This document shows positions 42,030-53,277 of a stretch of 64,000 nucleotides of DNA, piece after piece. The DNA is taken from contig NC_043005.1 of assembly GCF_006345805.1 (NCBI RefSeq), forward strand, positions 86,800,001 to 86,864,000. The letters run 5' to 3'. Both the position numbers and the translations under genes were made by a program. The stretch comes from Octopus sinensis. Taxonomy: Eukaryota. The notes under the pieces were generated by a model. It was not told where the DNA came from, searched no databases, and saw only the letters and a program-made list of their open reading frames with translations. Numbering within the stretch: position 1 is the stretch's first letter; each line of letters starts with the position of its first letter.

Positions 42030-43490
42030 TTAACCACTGATAGACCGGGGGATGGTTAGGCATCTTGGAAAGACAAGATGACTGTTCGAAAAGACGAGCG
42101 GACAATAGGAAAGACTATCGACACCAGGAAAAAGTGGCGGAGGCTGTGTACTTATAATCCTCGCCTCTGTAACATGTTTTAACATACACCAATGAGAATG
42201 ACAGATTAACCGAGAGAAGGAGAGTCGAGAACCAATCAACCCAGTTAACACGGAAATGACCTTGGGCATGAAAACAGATCTTCCTTCGAAAAGCGAACGA
42301 AGTGCAAACAACTTTGGGTGCAAGCTGTGCTGTAGGACCTTTTTAACTGAAAGAGGCTTGAAGATACATCAGGAAAAGTGTTGTAAGAATAGGACAGAGC
42401 AGTGTGGATCAACTGATCGTAAAACACGTGGTAAATCATCCCTGGGCTCAAATCACAGCGGATCGATAGATGCTACAGCAAAAACCTCTTCCCGACAAGA
42501 AATTGCAGGTTATGAAACGGGTGAATCACATAGTACTCGGAGGAAACCGAGGGTTCTGTTGCCTGCTGCTAATGAGAAAGGAAGATATAAAGAGTTTGAG
42601 AAAAAGATGTGTCAAGCTTTTTATAAGATGAGAGGATCTACAGTGGAGAAACTGGGGAAGTATACGATAATAGAAAGGAATTATTTGGAGTGAAAGAGAG
42701 TATCCGATTTGCGAAAGAAAAGTGTGGACCAAATGGGAGGATCAGGAAAATGAAACAGTTGAGGAGGGAAAAGAACAGCCTAAGAAAACGATGAAAATAT
42801 GTTGCGGAAGACGGAAAACCTGGTCTCGCGCCGCTGTACGACGATTTAAAAGGAAATGTCGTTATGTGCAACGACATATCCGCCGATGTGAACGGCGAAA
42901 GGAAAGGAAAAGGACTCGGGGACAGTTTCTGAAGAAGTAGTTCACTGAACCGAAAAGAGGCCCTTTGTCATGCACAAAAGAAGAATTGGATGCTCATATC
43001 AAAAAAACCTACAGCGATCCACACAGTAACCAGCCACTGCAACCTATAAATGGGCAAAAGCATCTCTTCGAATCTGATATCGAATTTCAAATTGGGAACA
43101 TCAGGGAGAAAGAGGTGAATGATTTCGTAAGAGAGGCTAGAGCAAAGAGTGTCCCAGGAGGTGATGGTGTCTCGTATAAAGTATACAAATATTGCAATCG
43201 TCTCCGAAAGAAGCTATTTGCCCTACTCCAAAGCTGTCACACGAAGAAATTCTAGGAGTGGTGTAAGGCAGAAGGCATATACTTTGTTTTTGTAACTGGG
43301 ATGAGAAAGAATAGTAATCTAGCAAGCCGGGCCTCATGTTAGTGATGGTACCGGTGCTCATTGATGCCGTCGAGTAGTAGCCCCCGAAACGGCGTGCATT
43401 CACTCCTGACGACTCCATACGCTTGCTGGCTTCCGGTACGTGGAGCTTGCAACTGGTAGCACTTGCATGTGCAGCTTGTTTGCAAAATGC
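42030..43490 (+). mobile_element. Hero-like (restriction-like endonuclease class) non-LTR retrotransposon, internally deleted
   Basis: N-terminal zinc finger CKLCCRTFLTERGLKIHQEKC, then KPRVLLPAANEK, CTKEELDAHIKKTYSD, VREARAKSVPGGDGVSYKVYKYC and WCKAEGIY. Coding breaks off at the RT start (about 43285) and is followed by a GC-rich putative 3' UTR ending at (TA)n. Confidence 0.8.
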
Positions 43491-43497
43491 ATATATA

Positions 43498-43533
<36 letters not shown>

Positions 43534-43538
<5 letters not shown>

Positions 43539-43904
43539 AAAAAAGCAACAAGAATGGATTAAAATCTCGGTACGATCGTTTCGTACGAGGACATCTTTAA
43601 TAAGCTACAAAAAATGCAGTGAATACAGATGGCTCGTACTCGTCAGCCGAAAAAACATCAGATAATTTTTTTCGGCTGACGAGTACGAGCCATCTGTATT
43701 CACTGCATTTTTTGTAGCTTATTAAAGATGTCCTCGTACGAAACGATCGTACCGAGATTTTAATCCATTCTTGTTGCTTTTTTCCTATTTGTAATCACCC
43801 CACTTGTCGTATGGTTAACACCATATAGATTTCCGGTGCATCCTAGTTAAGGACCATATTCATGTGAATTCTTTAGAATTCACTAGAATCTCAATTACTT
43901 AACC

Positions 43905-43905
<1 letters not shown>
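43534..43905. mobile_element. Young fold-back Penelope-type terminal-repeat insertion in (TA)n
   Basis: 43534-43655 is the exact reverse complement of 43667-43788. The direct arm extends about 117 bp further, and (TA)n lies on both sides. Confidence 0.9.
43671..43756 (+). ncRNA. Intact minimal type I hammerhead ribozyme (mirror copy on the minus strand at about 43566-43651)
   Basis: ttcgg-CTGACGA-GTACGAG...CTCGTAC-GAAAC-gatc-GTA-ccgag: 5-bp stem I, 7-bp stem II, palindromic ACGATCGT. Confidence 0.88.
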
Positions 43906-43974
<69 letters not shown>

Positions 43975-44449
43975 GTTGTAATTATTAAATTATAAATAGA
44001 GTATCTAAGAGATAACATCATGCTTGAAAGAGCAGTCAAAAACCTGGCTTTAAAAATCCCATCAAATATTTAATACAGCACAAGGCAAAGAGACAAATAG
44101 ATAAATAAACTAGTAAAAATTGGATAATTCCAGATCCAGCATTTCTGCACAAACCTTGCAGTTACCGTGGAGAAAAAAATATGTATAAAGCTATAAGCTG
44201 TATTTAGTTCGTTCAGGGTTGCCTCGCTTGGGTACACTTCATCGACAAGAATAAATAAACTCGAAACATCGAGATTTTCGAAAGTGAGCGACACAGAACG
44301 AACTGGGTGTGTTTCTACACCTTTTTACCATAAGAGAGATTTTTTTCTGCACGGTAACTGCAGTTTGCAGTTTATTTGCCTGTAGCAGTTGAAATATGTG
44401 ACAAACATATTTCAACAAACCTAAATATATATACATATATACGAACAAG

Positions 44450-44800
44450 TGGAGGTGCGGTCGTAGGATTATGGTTTCGATTCCCAGACCAGGTGTTGTG
44501 AGTGTTTATTGAGCGAAAACAGCTAAAGCCCCGCGAAGCACCGGCAGGGGGTGCAGGCGAACCCTGCTATATTCTTTGACCACAACTTTCTCTCACTCTT
44601 TCTACCCGTTGCTGTTGTATCTGTATTTCAAAGGACCAACCTTGTCACACTCTGTGGCACGCTGAATCTCCCCGATAACTACGTTAAGGGTACAGATGTC
44701 TGTGGAGTGCTCATTCACTTGCACGTGAATTTCACGAGCAGGCTGTTCTGTTGATCAGAGCAACTGGAACCCTCGTCGTTGTAACCGACGGAGCGCCACG
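44450..44800 (+). mobile_element. tRNA-derived SINE (21914 type)
   Basis: GGTTTCGATTCCCAGACC B box. Same body and tail as 21914-22280. Confidence 0.85.
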
Positions 44801-44814
44801 AATACAGCGCACTA

Positions 44815-44894
<80 letters not shown>

Positions 44895-45646
44895 ATACAT
44901 ACACTCACTCACACATACATATACTCACAATACACCAATCCACCCCTTTACATATATGCAGAGAAAACAGATGATATGGACGAAAAAGAAATAGAATAAA
45001 CATAAAAAAAACAACAGCAAAAACTGGACAACATTATACCTATATCTGATTCTAGATTCTCCACAAATTGCATTCTTGACATTTAGGCTATCTTACATTC
45101 TGTGTGTATGATGAATAGACGAATGCATGTTTGAATATATATATGGATATTTGTGCGCATTCATTATGTATATCTTATATGCATATATGTGTTTGAGTAG
45201 CGTTTAAATACATTTACATACAAGTACACATACGTTTAACGAATCAGACGCTCATTCACATATGTACATCTGCATACAAAGAGAAAAACAGAACTTGAAT
45301 GAATGAAAAAGAAAGTACGCTTAGAAGAGTGAATGAAAGCATGGTGTGGAAGGTCAAATAAAACAAGGTCAGCAAATGCTACGCGGTGATACAGACAACA
45401 GATAATAACCTAAATCTGACGCATCAGTTTAAAGACTTTAGGTTTTACCGTTGAATCTAAAGTTTCTATCACAGATAGCATGTCATTCTCATGCCGTCAC
45501 CCAATAACTTGAATAACTTGGATCTTACTTCGCTCCAGATGAAAAGTTTTAAATAATATTTTTGTTCTTGTTGTTGTTTTATTTAATGCCTGTGCTTATT
45601 AAAATGTTATAACATAGGTTTCTGCTTCCTGACATTCATTCACGAT

Positions 45647-45692
<46 letters not shown>

Positions 45693-45695
45693 TAT

Positions 45696-45741
<46 letters not shown>

Positions 45742-45964
45742 CAACCCCGTTCACTCACGCCCTTTCTGCCTCTTCTCCGTTTCTTTCTGTCGCTATTTTC
45801 GTTTTGTGCACGGCTGCACATGCATAAAATGACAATGACATATAAATATGCAGAACTCCTCTGTATAAATGTGTGTATGTGGTGTGTTTGTGTGTGTGGT
45901 GTGTGTGGGAAAAGGATATAGGTATTTGTATTGGGACCCCTTTGCATCGAAAACCGGTGATTGT

Positions 45965-46009
45965 CGCACGCTGAGGACGGGTAAATACTCAGAAACCCGA
46001 GTCCGTGCG
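45965..46009 (+). ncRNA. Minimal type I hammerhead ribozyme motif
   Basis: cgcacg-CTGAGGA-cgggt-aaat-actca-GAAAC-ccga-GTC-cgtgcg, with a perfect 6-bp stem I. Confidence 0.82.
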
Positions 46010-46260
46010 TATCACGTCAGGTTGAAGGTGGGAAGGATGGCTTCCCTTTGCAAATACCGATGGGGCACAGAAAGTGTGTCTATAGCCAGCTGGAGAAGAT
46101 GTTCTCCTGCGGCTACAAGCTACTGTAGCATCCACCCTTAGTGATTAGCCACATTTAGATGGCAAATATACTTCACATTGTCGTATGGTTACTGTTTATA
46201 CCTCATTCAGAGATTTATTATTACTATACATTTATATACATATATATATATACATATAAA

Positions 46261-46590
46261 GACCCCCTTCGGTCATGAATGACCATGGGATTGCACCTAG
46301 AAAGTTACCCTCCGAGGCACAAGTCCGGGCAAGGTTATTTATGGAAGACCAGCAGTCGCCCATGCATACCAGCCTCCCCTCTCCACGTCACCAGTGTTAT
46401 CCAAGGGAAAGGCAAAGGTCGATACAGCTTGGCACCAGTGACGTCGCAACTCATTTCTACAGATGAGTGAACTGGAGCAACGTGAAATAAAGTGCCTTGC
46501 TCGAGAACACAACACGCAGCCCGGTCCGGGATTCGAGCTCACAACCTCACGATCGTAAGCTCGACGCTCTAACCACTGAGCCATGCGCCT
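46261..46590 (-). mobile_element. tRNA-derived SINE (head and centre of the 18738 type, different tail)
   Basis: Minus strand GGCGCATGGCTCAGTGGTTAGAGCG..TCGAATCCCGG..GAGCAAGGCACTTTATTTCACGTTGCTCCAG, then an unrelated tail ending CATGACCGAAGGGGGTC. Confidence 0.88.
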
Positions 46591-46613
46591 TACATATACA
46601 CATACATATATGC

Positions 46614-46666
<53 letters not shown>

Positions 46667-46699
46667 ATATATATACTTACATATACACACATACATATA

Positions 46700-46731
<32 letters not shown>

Positions 46732-47206
46732 CTTACATATACACACACGTACACAAAACACACACACACAAACACACACACACACAGGTAAAGATGGAAA
46801 TTTCCATTTCTAATCTCCTACTATCAACACCTACGATGTGAGATTTCTTCCTTGAAGACAGAGGCACCTCTCATCCGACGATGGCATGAAATAACAATCG
46901 TTATTTGGAGTCACCAAGCCCCCAGAAACAGCTGTTGTAACACTTTTTTCAACCCCTTTAATAATTGATATAATTTCTATTCTGTGTAATACGGACCTTT
47001 TTGTATCTAAATATATAAACATTTTTTTCATTTCTTGTATTAAATATATTTTAAATGTTTTGTATATCGGCTCGCCTAACTTGTTTATCCTTACATTTAC
47101 TCCTCTACCTGCTCAAGTTTAAACCTCCTGAGCACTACTATGTGTATTCTATACGGGGAGTATTTAATTCCCATCTATGAACTATATACATATATTTATA
47201 TATATA

Positions 47207-47293
47207 GAGAGAGAGAGAGACAGAAAGAGAGAGAGAGAGACAGAAAGAGAGAGAGAGAGACAGAAAGAGAGAGAGAGAGACAGAAAGAGAGAG

Positions 47294-47325
<32 letters not shown>
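47207..47325. repeat. (GA)n tract with a 20-bp higher-order unit
   Basis: CAGAAAGAGAGAGAGAGAGA repeated 5 times. Confidence 0.92.
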
Positions 47326-47516
47326 GAATAAATTTACATAGAACATAAGACCACAGCATACTATAGAGAGGATACATAGTTTTTCTCCAATTCGACGGCT
47401 GTTTCTGGAAGGTTAGAATTACATAATAATAGAAATGTTCATAATTAGTAGATGGTTTGTGGAAAAGGCATGGATATGAAACCAGAAATTAGTCACGTTG
47501 AGATATATTTACACAC

Positions 47517-47564
<48 letters not shown>

Positions 47565-47599
47565 AGACACACTCAAGAAGACTGAAATGGCAAATCATA

Positions 47600-47850
47600 T
47601 TATCGAGCATCAATCCATATAGCTAACATATTCTGGACATGCACTGTGCCACGAACCATTGCCTAAGACCATCCTGAGAGGAAAGAGGGTTGAACATAGG
47701 CAAATGGTGACATCAAAGATGTTTGTGGACAGAGGACATCAAAGAGTCCATTGGAAACAAGGGTTTGGCTGATTGTATGAAGCAGCAGAGCGCAGAGCAG
47801 CTGGAGAGTTGTGTCACGCCGACCCCTGGACACATAAAGGGCACGAAACG
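47600..47850 (+). mobile_element. RTE-clade LINE 3' relic
   Basis: LTYSGHALCHEPLPKTILRGKR..WTEDIKESIG matches the L.YFGH..R...L.K.IL.G..W.D.IK pattern. Confidence 0.65.
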
Positions 47851-48384
47851 GATTTCTGATTATATATTAGTGGTACCAAAAGAAACAGAACGACCTCTTA
47901 ATTTAGTGATACACCTCAGAAATTAAGGAGTATCCCCACTTTTTCTGATATGGCATATTGTCATATGGACATACTAATAGCTATATTGACATGATTCTAC
48001 CTAAAATGTCCCAACGTTGCAACTAGAAAATGGTTAAGTCATAAAACCTGGAAGGTAAAGAGTACGTATACCGAATATCAATAAATGGATTCATCAATTT
48101 ATTGTTTACCTGTATTTTTTTTTTTACCTGTTTCAGTTATTAAAGTGTGGACAGGAAAGGGAGACACCGCTTTTGAGAAATTGTAGACGAATCCATCGAC
48201 GTCAATACTTATTTCTTTTTAAGCCTGTTACTTATTCTATCGGCTCTTTTCTCTGAACTGCTTACTTGCGGGGACGTAACAACACCAACACCTGTTTTCA
48301 AGCAATGGTAGTGGACAAAAACAGACATACGAACACACACAGGTGTATGTATGTATGTATGTATGCATATGCATATATATGATC

Positions 48385-48660
48385 ATTAGCCACTACACAC
48401 ATTTATCTCTCCTTGTTTTTTCTCTCCTTTTTCCTCTCTCCTTTTTTCTCTCCTTTTTTCTCTCTCTTTCTTTCTCTCTCCTTTTTTCCTCTCCTTTTTT
48501 CTCTCCTTGTTTCTCTCCTTCTTTTTTTCTGTGTCCCTTTCTGTAGAACAGCGTAGGCTCGAAACGTAAAAGAATTTTTCTATTCCTGAGTGTTATACAT
48601 CTGTTTGTTTTGTACACCAACTGTCTTCGTCTTTTGTTTTTTTTTCGTAAACTCTCCCTA
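48385..48660 (+). mobile_element. Penelope-type 3' terminal fragment with variant hammerhead
   Basis: Homologous to 53020-53277. cttt-CTGTAGA-acagcgtaggctc-GAAAC-GTA-aaag, ending in (TA)n. Confidence 0.7.
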
Positions 48661-49416
48661 TATATATGTATATATATGTAAGTATGTATTATGGGTGTCC
48701 GTATGTATGTATGCATGTATATATACTATAATGGAGAAAGCTGCTTAGTAATTAGGTATCTAACAATTACTAACAGTACTAACAGCAAACAATTAAGAAA
48801 GGGTTGACCGTCTGGAAATATTCTTATAAATTCATGTTCAAAGAAATTTCCGATAATTTCCATTTCTCATATGTATTGAAATTTTAACTTTAAATTCTCA
48901 CAAATTTAAATATTCATTGCATTCACTGCATCAAATTCTTAACAAATTTAAGTATTCCTTGTATTCACTGCAGAGTATTCCATTTTTATTTGCAAATTTT
49001 CACACTTACTCTTTTAATGCTTCCATTTCAAGTTTCAATTTGTTCTTTGGAAAATCGACAGATTATTCTTTTAATGTATACGTAATGTAAAAAAATTTAT
49101 TGAATGGAAATTTCCTAAAAATACCCGTATAATGTCAAAATAATTTTGTTTTTTATGGCTGTTTGGAACATTTTAAGCCTCACAATAATAACTATCCGGA
49201 CCGATTTGGGGTATTTTTAACTTAAAAACCAAACCCTAGAGGAGCCTTTTCCGTAAAAATACAGAAAAACAAACCAAAAAACAAATAAGTTGTAAATATT
49301 TTCAGAGGAAAAGGAGAACAATTCAAAGGAGGTTTCGCTGTTATTTCTAGCACAACCGAAACCACCCTCGGTGTGCTAACGTTTCTGCCAGCTCGCCGCC
49401 TAAGATGTCTGTAAAC

Positions 49417-49624
49417 CATTCAAGAACACACAAAAATAGTTTCATTTCAAATATATTCGTCGCTTTGAAACCGCGACCTGTTCACTGACAAAAATTCGTG
49501 CTGCATCACTTTTGCGAAGTTTCATTAGTGAACAGGTCGCTGTTTCAAAGCGAAGAAAATATTTCGACGCAAATGAAAATTTAGATGTTGAAATTAAACC
49601 AACTGTTTTTGTGTGTTCTTGAAT
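49417..49624. mobile_element. Fold-back (MITE-like) element
   Basis: ATTCAAGAACACACAAAAA / TTTTTGTGTGTTCTTGAAT and TCGCTTTGAAAC.GCGACCTGTTCACT / AGTGAACAGGTCGC.GTTTCAAAGCGA. Confidence 0.8.
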
Positions 49625-49737
49625 ACACTGACTTCTTTCCTACAATATAAATTGTTTCTACATAAAAAAAAAAAATTGTATGTTTATAAACAGGTGCAAT
49701 TCACTATTAATTTAAACTAACCATTAAGAGATAAATA

Positions 49738-50287
49738 CAGGTTTATTCAAAAAGAACGAACAGAATTCAAATTTAATTATTAAAACAAACGGTAAGAGAC
49801 ACAAACACACTCTACATCTTTCTTGATTACGGAAGGTTTAAAGTTTATAGCTGAACATGATCAATTGAATTAAGCCTTACTTAAAATAATATTCTAATTG
49901 TGTTTTAATGTTTCATTTTGTTCATTCTATTTAAAGTTGTATAATTTTCGTTTGTGCAATCCCTTAGGAAATGACGCCGTCGCAAGAAAAGTCTTTTTGT
50001 GTGCAGCAGTTTGAGAAATGCGAATCGATTGTGCAAGTGCAACGTGAATTCAATAAAAATCCACCTCGTCACAAGAAAATTTACGAATGGCATAATAATT
50101 TTACAGAAAACGGTTGCATTTGTAGAAGGAAAAGCACCAGTTCTCATGGTGCTCACGTTGATTGCACACTACCTTAAATGAACCTAAATTCTGCCCCTAT
50201 CAATAAATGTGTAGAATGTGTTTGTGTGTCTTACCGTTTGTTTTAAAAATAAATTTAAAAGCTCCTCTTTCGTTTTAAATAACCCAG
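49738..50287 (+). mobile_element. Internally deleted Tc1/mariner element with long TIRs and TA target duplication
   Basis: TA|CAGGTTTATTCAAAA ... TTTTAAATAACCCAG|TA, with about 85-bp imperfect TIRs. The internal ORF MTPSQEKSFCVQQFEKCESIVQVQREF..PPRHKKIYEWHNNFTENGCICRRKS resembles a DUF4817-type transposase HTH. Confidence 0.88.
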
Positions 50288-50302
50288 TATATTTGTGAAG
50301 AA

Positions 50303-50722
50303 GGGATCTTTTCGGTTTGAACGGCAGTTTTTTCTAGCGGTATCATATGAAATTGTCACAAATAAATATGACCCTAGTATCGATCAATTGCATTTCAATC
50401 TGTTTTAGGGTTAGGGTTAGGGGTGGGGGAAGGATATCTTTTTTTCTTCAGAAATGTAAATAAACCCAATCTGTTTCTTAAACAAGGGACTTATTAATGT
50501 GACATAGAATGTTTTCCCCTCCAATAGACGCCATTGATTGGTTGAAATTGCAGAAATTGAAGAAAAAAACAACAAATATCTTACAAATTATAGAATTTTC
50601 TCAATAAAGTCAAGAGAAAAAAGATATTTTATAAACACATTCTACCAGTATACGAAGTTTAAAAGTGTTTAGTTACGTGGAAATTATTTTTAAAAAACTG
50701 CCGTTCAAACCGAAAATATCCT
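50303..50722. mobile_element. MITE with about 30-bp TIRs and internal (TTAGGG)3
   Basis: GGATCTTTTCGGTTTGAACGGCAGTTTTTT / AAAAAACTGCCGTTCAAACCGAAAATATCC. Confidence 0.88.
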
Positions 50723-53019
50723 GAGGAATAGTTACAGAGAAAATAGCAGGATTGGAAACCCTGACGTTTCGATGTCTAGATCAACGTGCATGAGAACTAA
50801 CCATCACGACTACCCACTTCACTTATGCAGAGTCTTCACAATTTCTTAAATAAACATCGCTGTTTTGTAGAGGAAGATGTCAAATCACTTGTCGGACCAT
50901 AACAAGGAAACACAATTGAATCACAATTCCGGAATAATCGCTCTTATTTATGCTCGCCATTAATAAAAGTATTCTGGGAATTTCAGGTTTCTTTCTGTTT
51001 GGCGCTATTTCTCACCACACATTTCTTTCCCCTCGTCTATATTCTCTCCCACTCTCCCCTCTCACTCTCTGCCTCTTTATTTCTCTTTATCTTTCTTTTT
51101 GTCTCTTCCATTTTCTCCTACTTTATATCGCTCTTATTTCGTACACATTCAATTTTCTCTCTGCACATTTTAATCATTTCATTTTCGCCCCATCCCCTAC
51201 TTTCCCACCTCAGCTCTATGTTTCAGCTACAAGACAGCTAAGCTTCGTTCAAGAAGGAAATGTGGGAATTAACAGATTTATGTTCTTGTCAGTTCGGTCT
51301 CTGGTGAAGAGAAAGAATTATACTTGAAAAAGCAGGTGTTGGCTGTGGAGGAGAGAAGAGGAATTTCTTTGAAATTTATCATTTAAAAATAGCTATCTCA
51401 CTAGGTTCTTTCGCGTTTTTCGCTGAACCGAAGAACTCTCAGAGATATTTGGGAAACATTTATAATTCTCTGAAAGTCTGTGAAAGGAAATTAGTATGTG
51501 GAACTCTCCTGAAAGGGAAATGGTAAAAAGACCCCAAGAGAAAATTATGTTATACAATTCAAAGAGAAAATTGAATTTTTCAGATCATATAGATTATGGA
51601 AAGAAGTACTGTGTGCAAGGGGAGTTCTTGAATTATGAGTGAGAAGTCGTCGAAACGTAGACATTCCTTTACAGGCACCCCACACACCCACATATGAATG
51701 CCCACGTGTATGCGTACGTGTCTTATGTGTGTCTATGGAAGTGTGGCTATGTTAATGTCTTTAGGTACCATGGATGGCGATGTTAATGTCTTTAGGTACG
51801 AAGGATGGCTATATTCTTGCGTATGCATACATTTTTTTCTTTACCCGATTTGCGACATTCAACTCGCTCTATATGTCTCTCCACTTATATTTGCGGCTGT
51901 TAATTGAACTACACAAATGAACACACACACACAAATACACAAACATATAAATGTATGTATATATATGTATTATGTATGTATGTGTATATATGTGTATATA
52001 TGTTTGTATGTATTATATATGCCTATATATATATATATATATGTATATGTGTGTGTGTATATATATATATGTATATATGTATATGTATATATATATATGT
52101 ATATATATATGTATATGTATGTATATATATATATATGTCTGTGTATGTATATATATATGTGTGTGTGTGTATGTATATATATGCATAGGGATATGTATCT
52201 CTGAATACATGTAAAATTTGCTTAGATGAGTTGCATTCTTATGTGCATCACTGTTGACTGGGTAATAAATAAAGTTATGGCTTCATAAATGCATATTTTT
52301 GTCTGTGTATTTACTGTATGTGAATCTGTGTGTAAGGCGTCTATCGTGCGTGCTCGGCAAAAGTGTAAAGCCTGTGTGTAGATGTGGAGAGGCGCCATGG
52401 AAGATGGAAGATATTTCACAAAATCAGGTTAGCAAAAGAACAATGAAAAGCAAGAACACCAATAATAACACTTACAACAACACCAATTCTGGAATAAAGA
52501 GTGAGACATTAAAATTATTATCATTCCCAATGCTGATGTTGCTGTTGCTGGTGTTTTTCATTTTCTCTGTGAAAGGTTGGACTTTTGAAAGGAATTTCGA
52601 AAGTTAGGTTTCATAGTCTTCAATGAATTAAGACGATCGATAAAGAATTGGGTGAGTTTTCGCTCACAAGAAGTAAATTTGATTGGTATGTTTAGGTAGG
52701 ACATTGATAGTGGTATAACAATTGCATGAATGCCGCTCCACTACCAATGGTATTGGTAGTATCGCTCTTGTTGCTGGGTTTGGTAATGCGGCTACAGATG
52801 CTGTCGAATTTATTGGCGATGGTAAAAGACGAGGTGTTGGTAGAAACAATGTCACGTTGGTATGTCTCTTAGCTTGTAAACTATAAACACAAACCGCCCC
52901 AGCAACACACTCTTTCCTCAGCATATGTCTATACATTTATGCATATACATATATGTACACGGGCATCTCTGCCTCTGTCTCTCGCTCTCTCATTCTGACT
53001 TTATATATATATATATATT

Positions 53020-53277
53020 CGCTCTCGCGTCTCATGTTTGATCTTTGACCTCTGGCCGAAATCAGATCGCCATGTTGATTCGTTAGCTACTGCACGCATT
53101 TTTTTCTCTCCTTCTTTCTGTGTTTTTCTCTCTCTGTGTATCTTTCTGTTGAAGAGCGTAGGCTCGAAACGTTAAAGACTTGTTTTATTTATATTTCCTG
53201 AGCGCCATACTAATACAATTGTTCGTTTGTTTTCCACCTGCCTTCGTCTTTTGTTTATTTTCATAAAGCTTCCCGTT
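53020..53277 (+). mobile_element. Penelope-type 3' terminal fragment in (TA)n with variant hammerhead
   Basis: tcttt-CTGTTGA-agagc-gtag-gctc-GAAAC-GTT-aaaga at 53141-53178, with (TA)n on both sides. Confidence 0.75.

Noticed and set aside
43970-44425. Possible mariner relic with TTAGGTTG / CAAACCTAA ends
   Set aside because: Too decayed to support by translation, so it is left unannotated.
50405-50422. Telomere or chromosome-fusion remnant
   Set aside because: Only three TTAGGG units, lying inside a TIR-bounded MITE.
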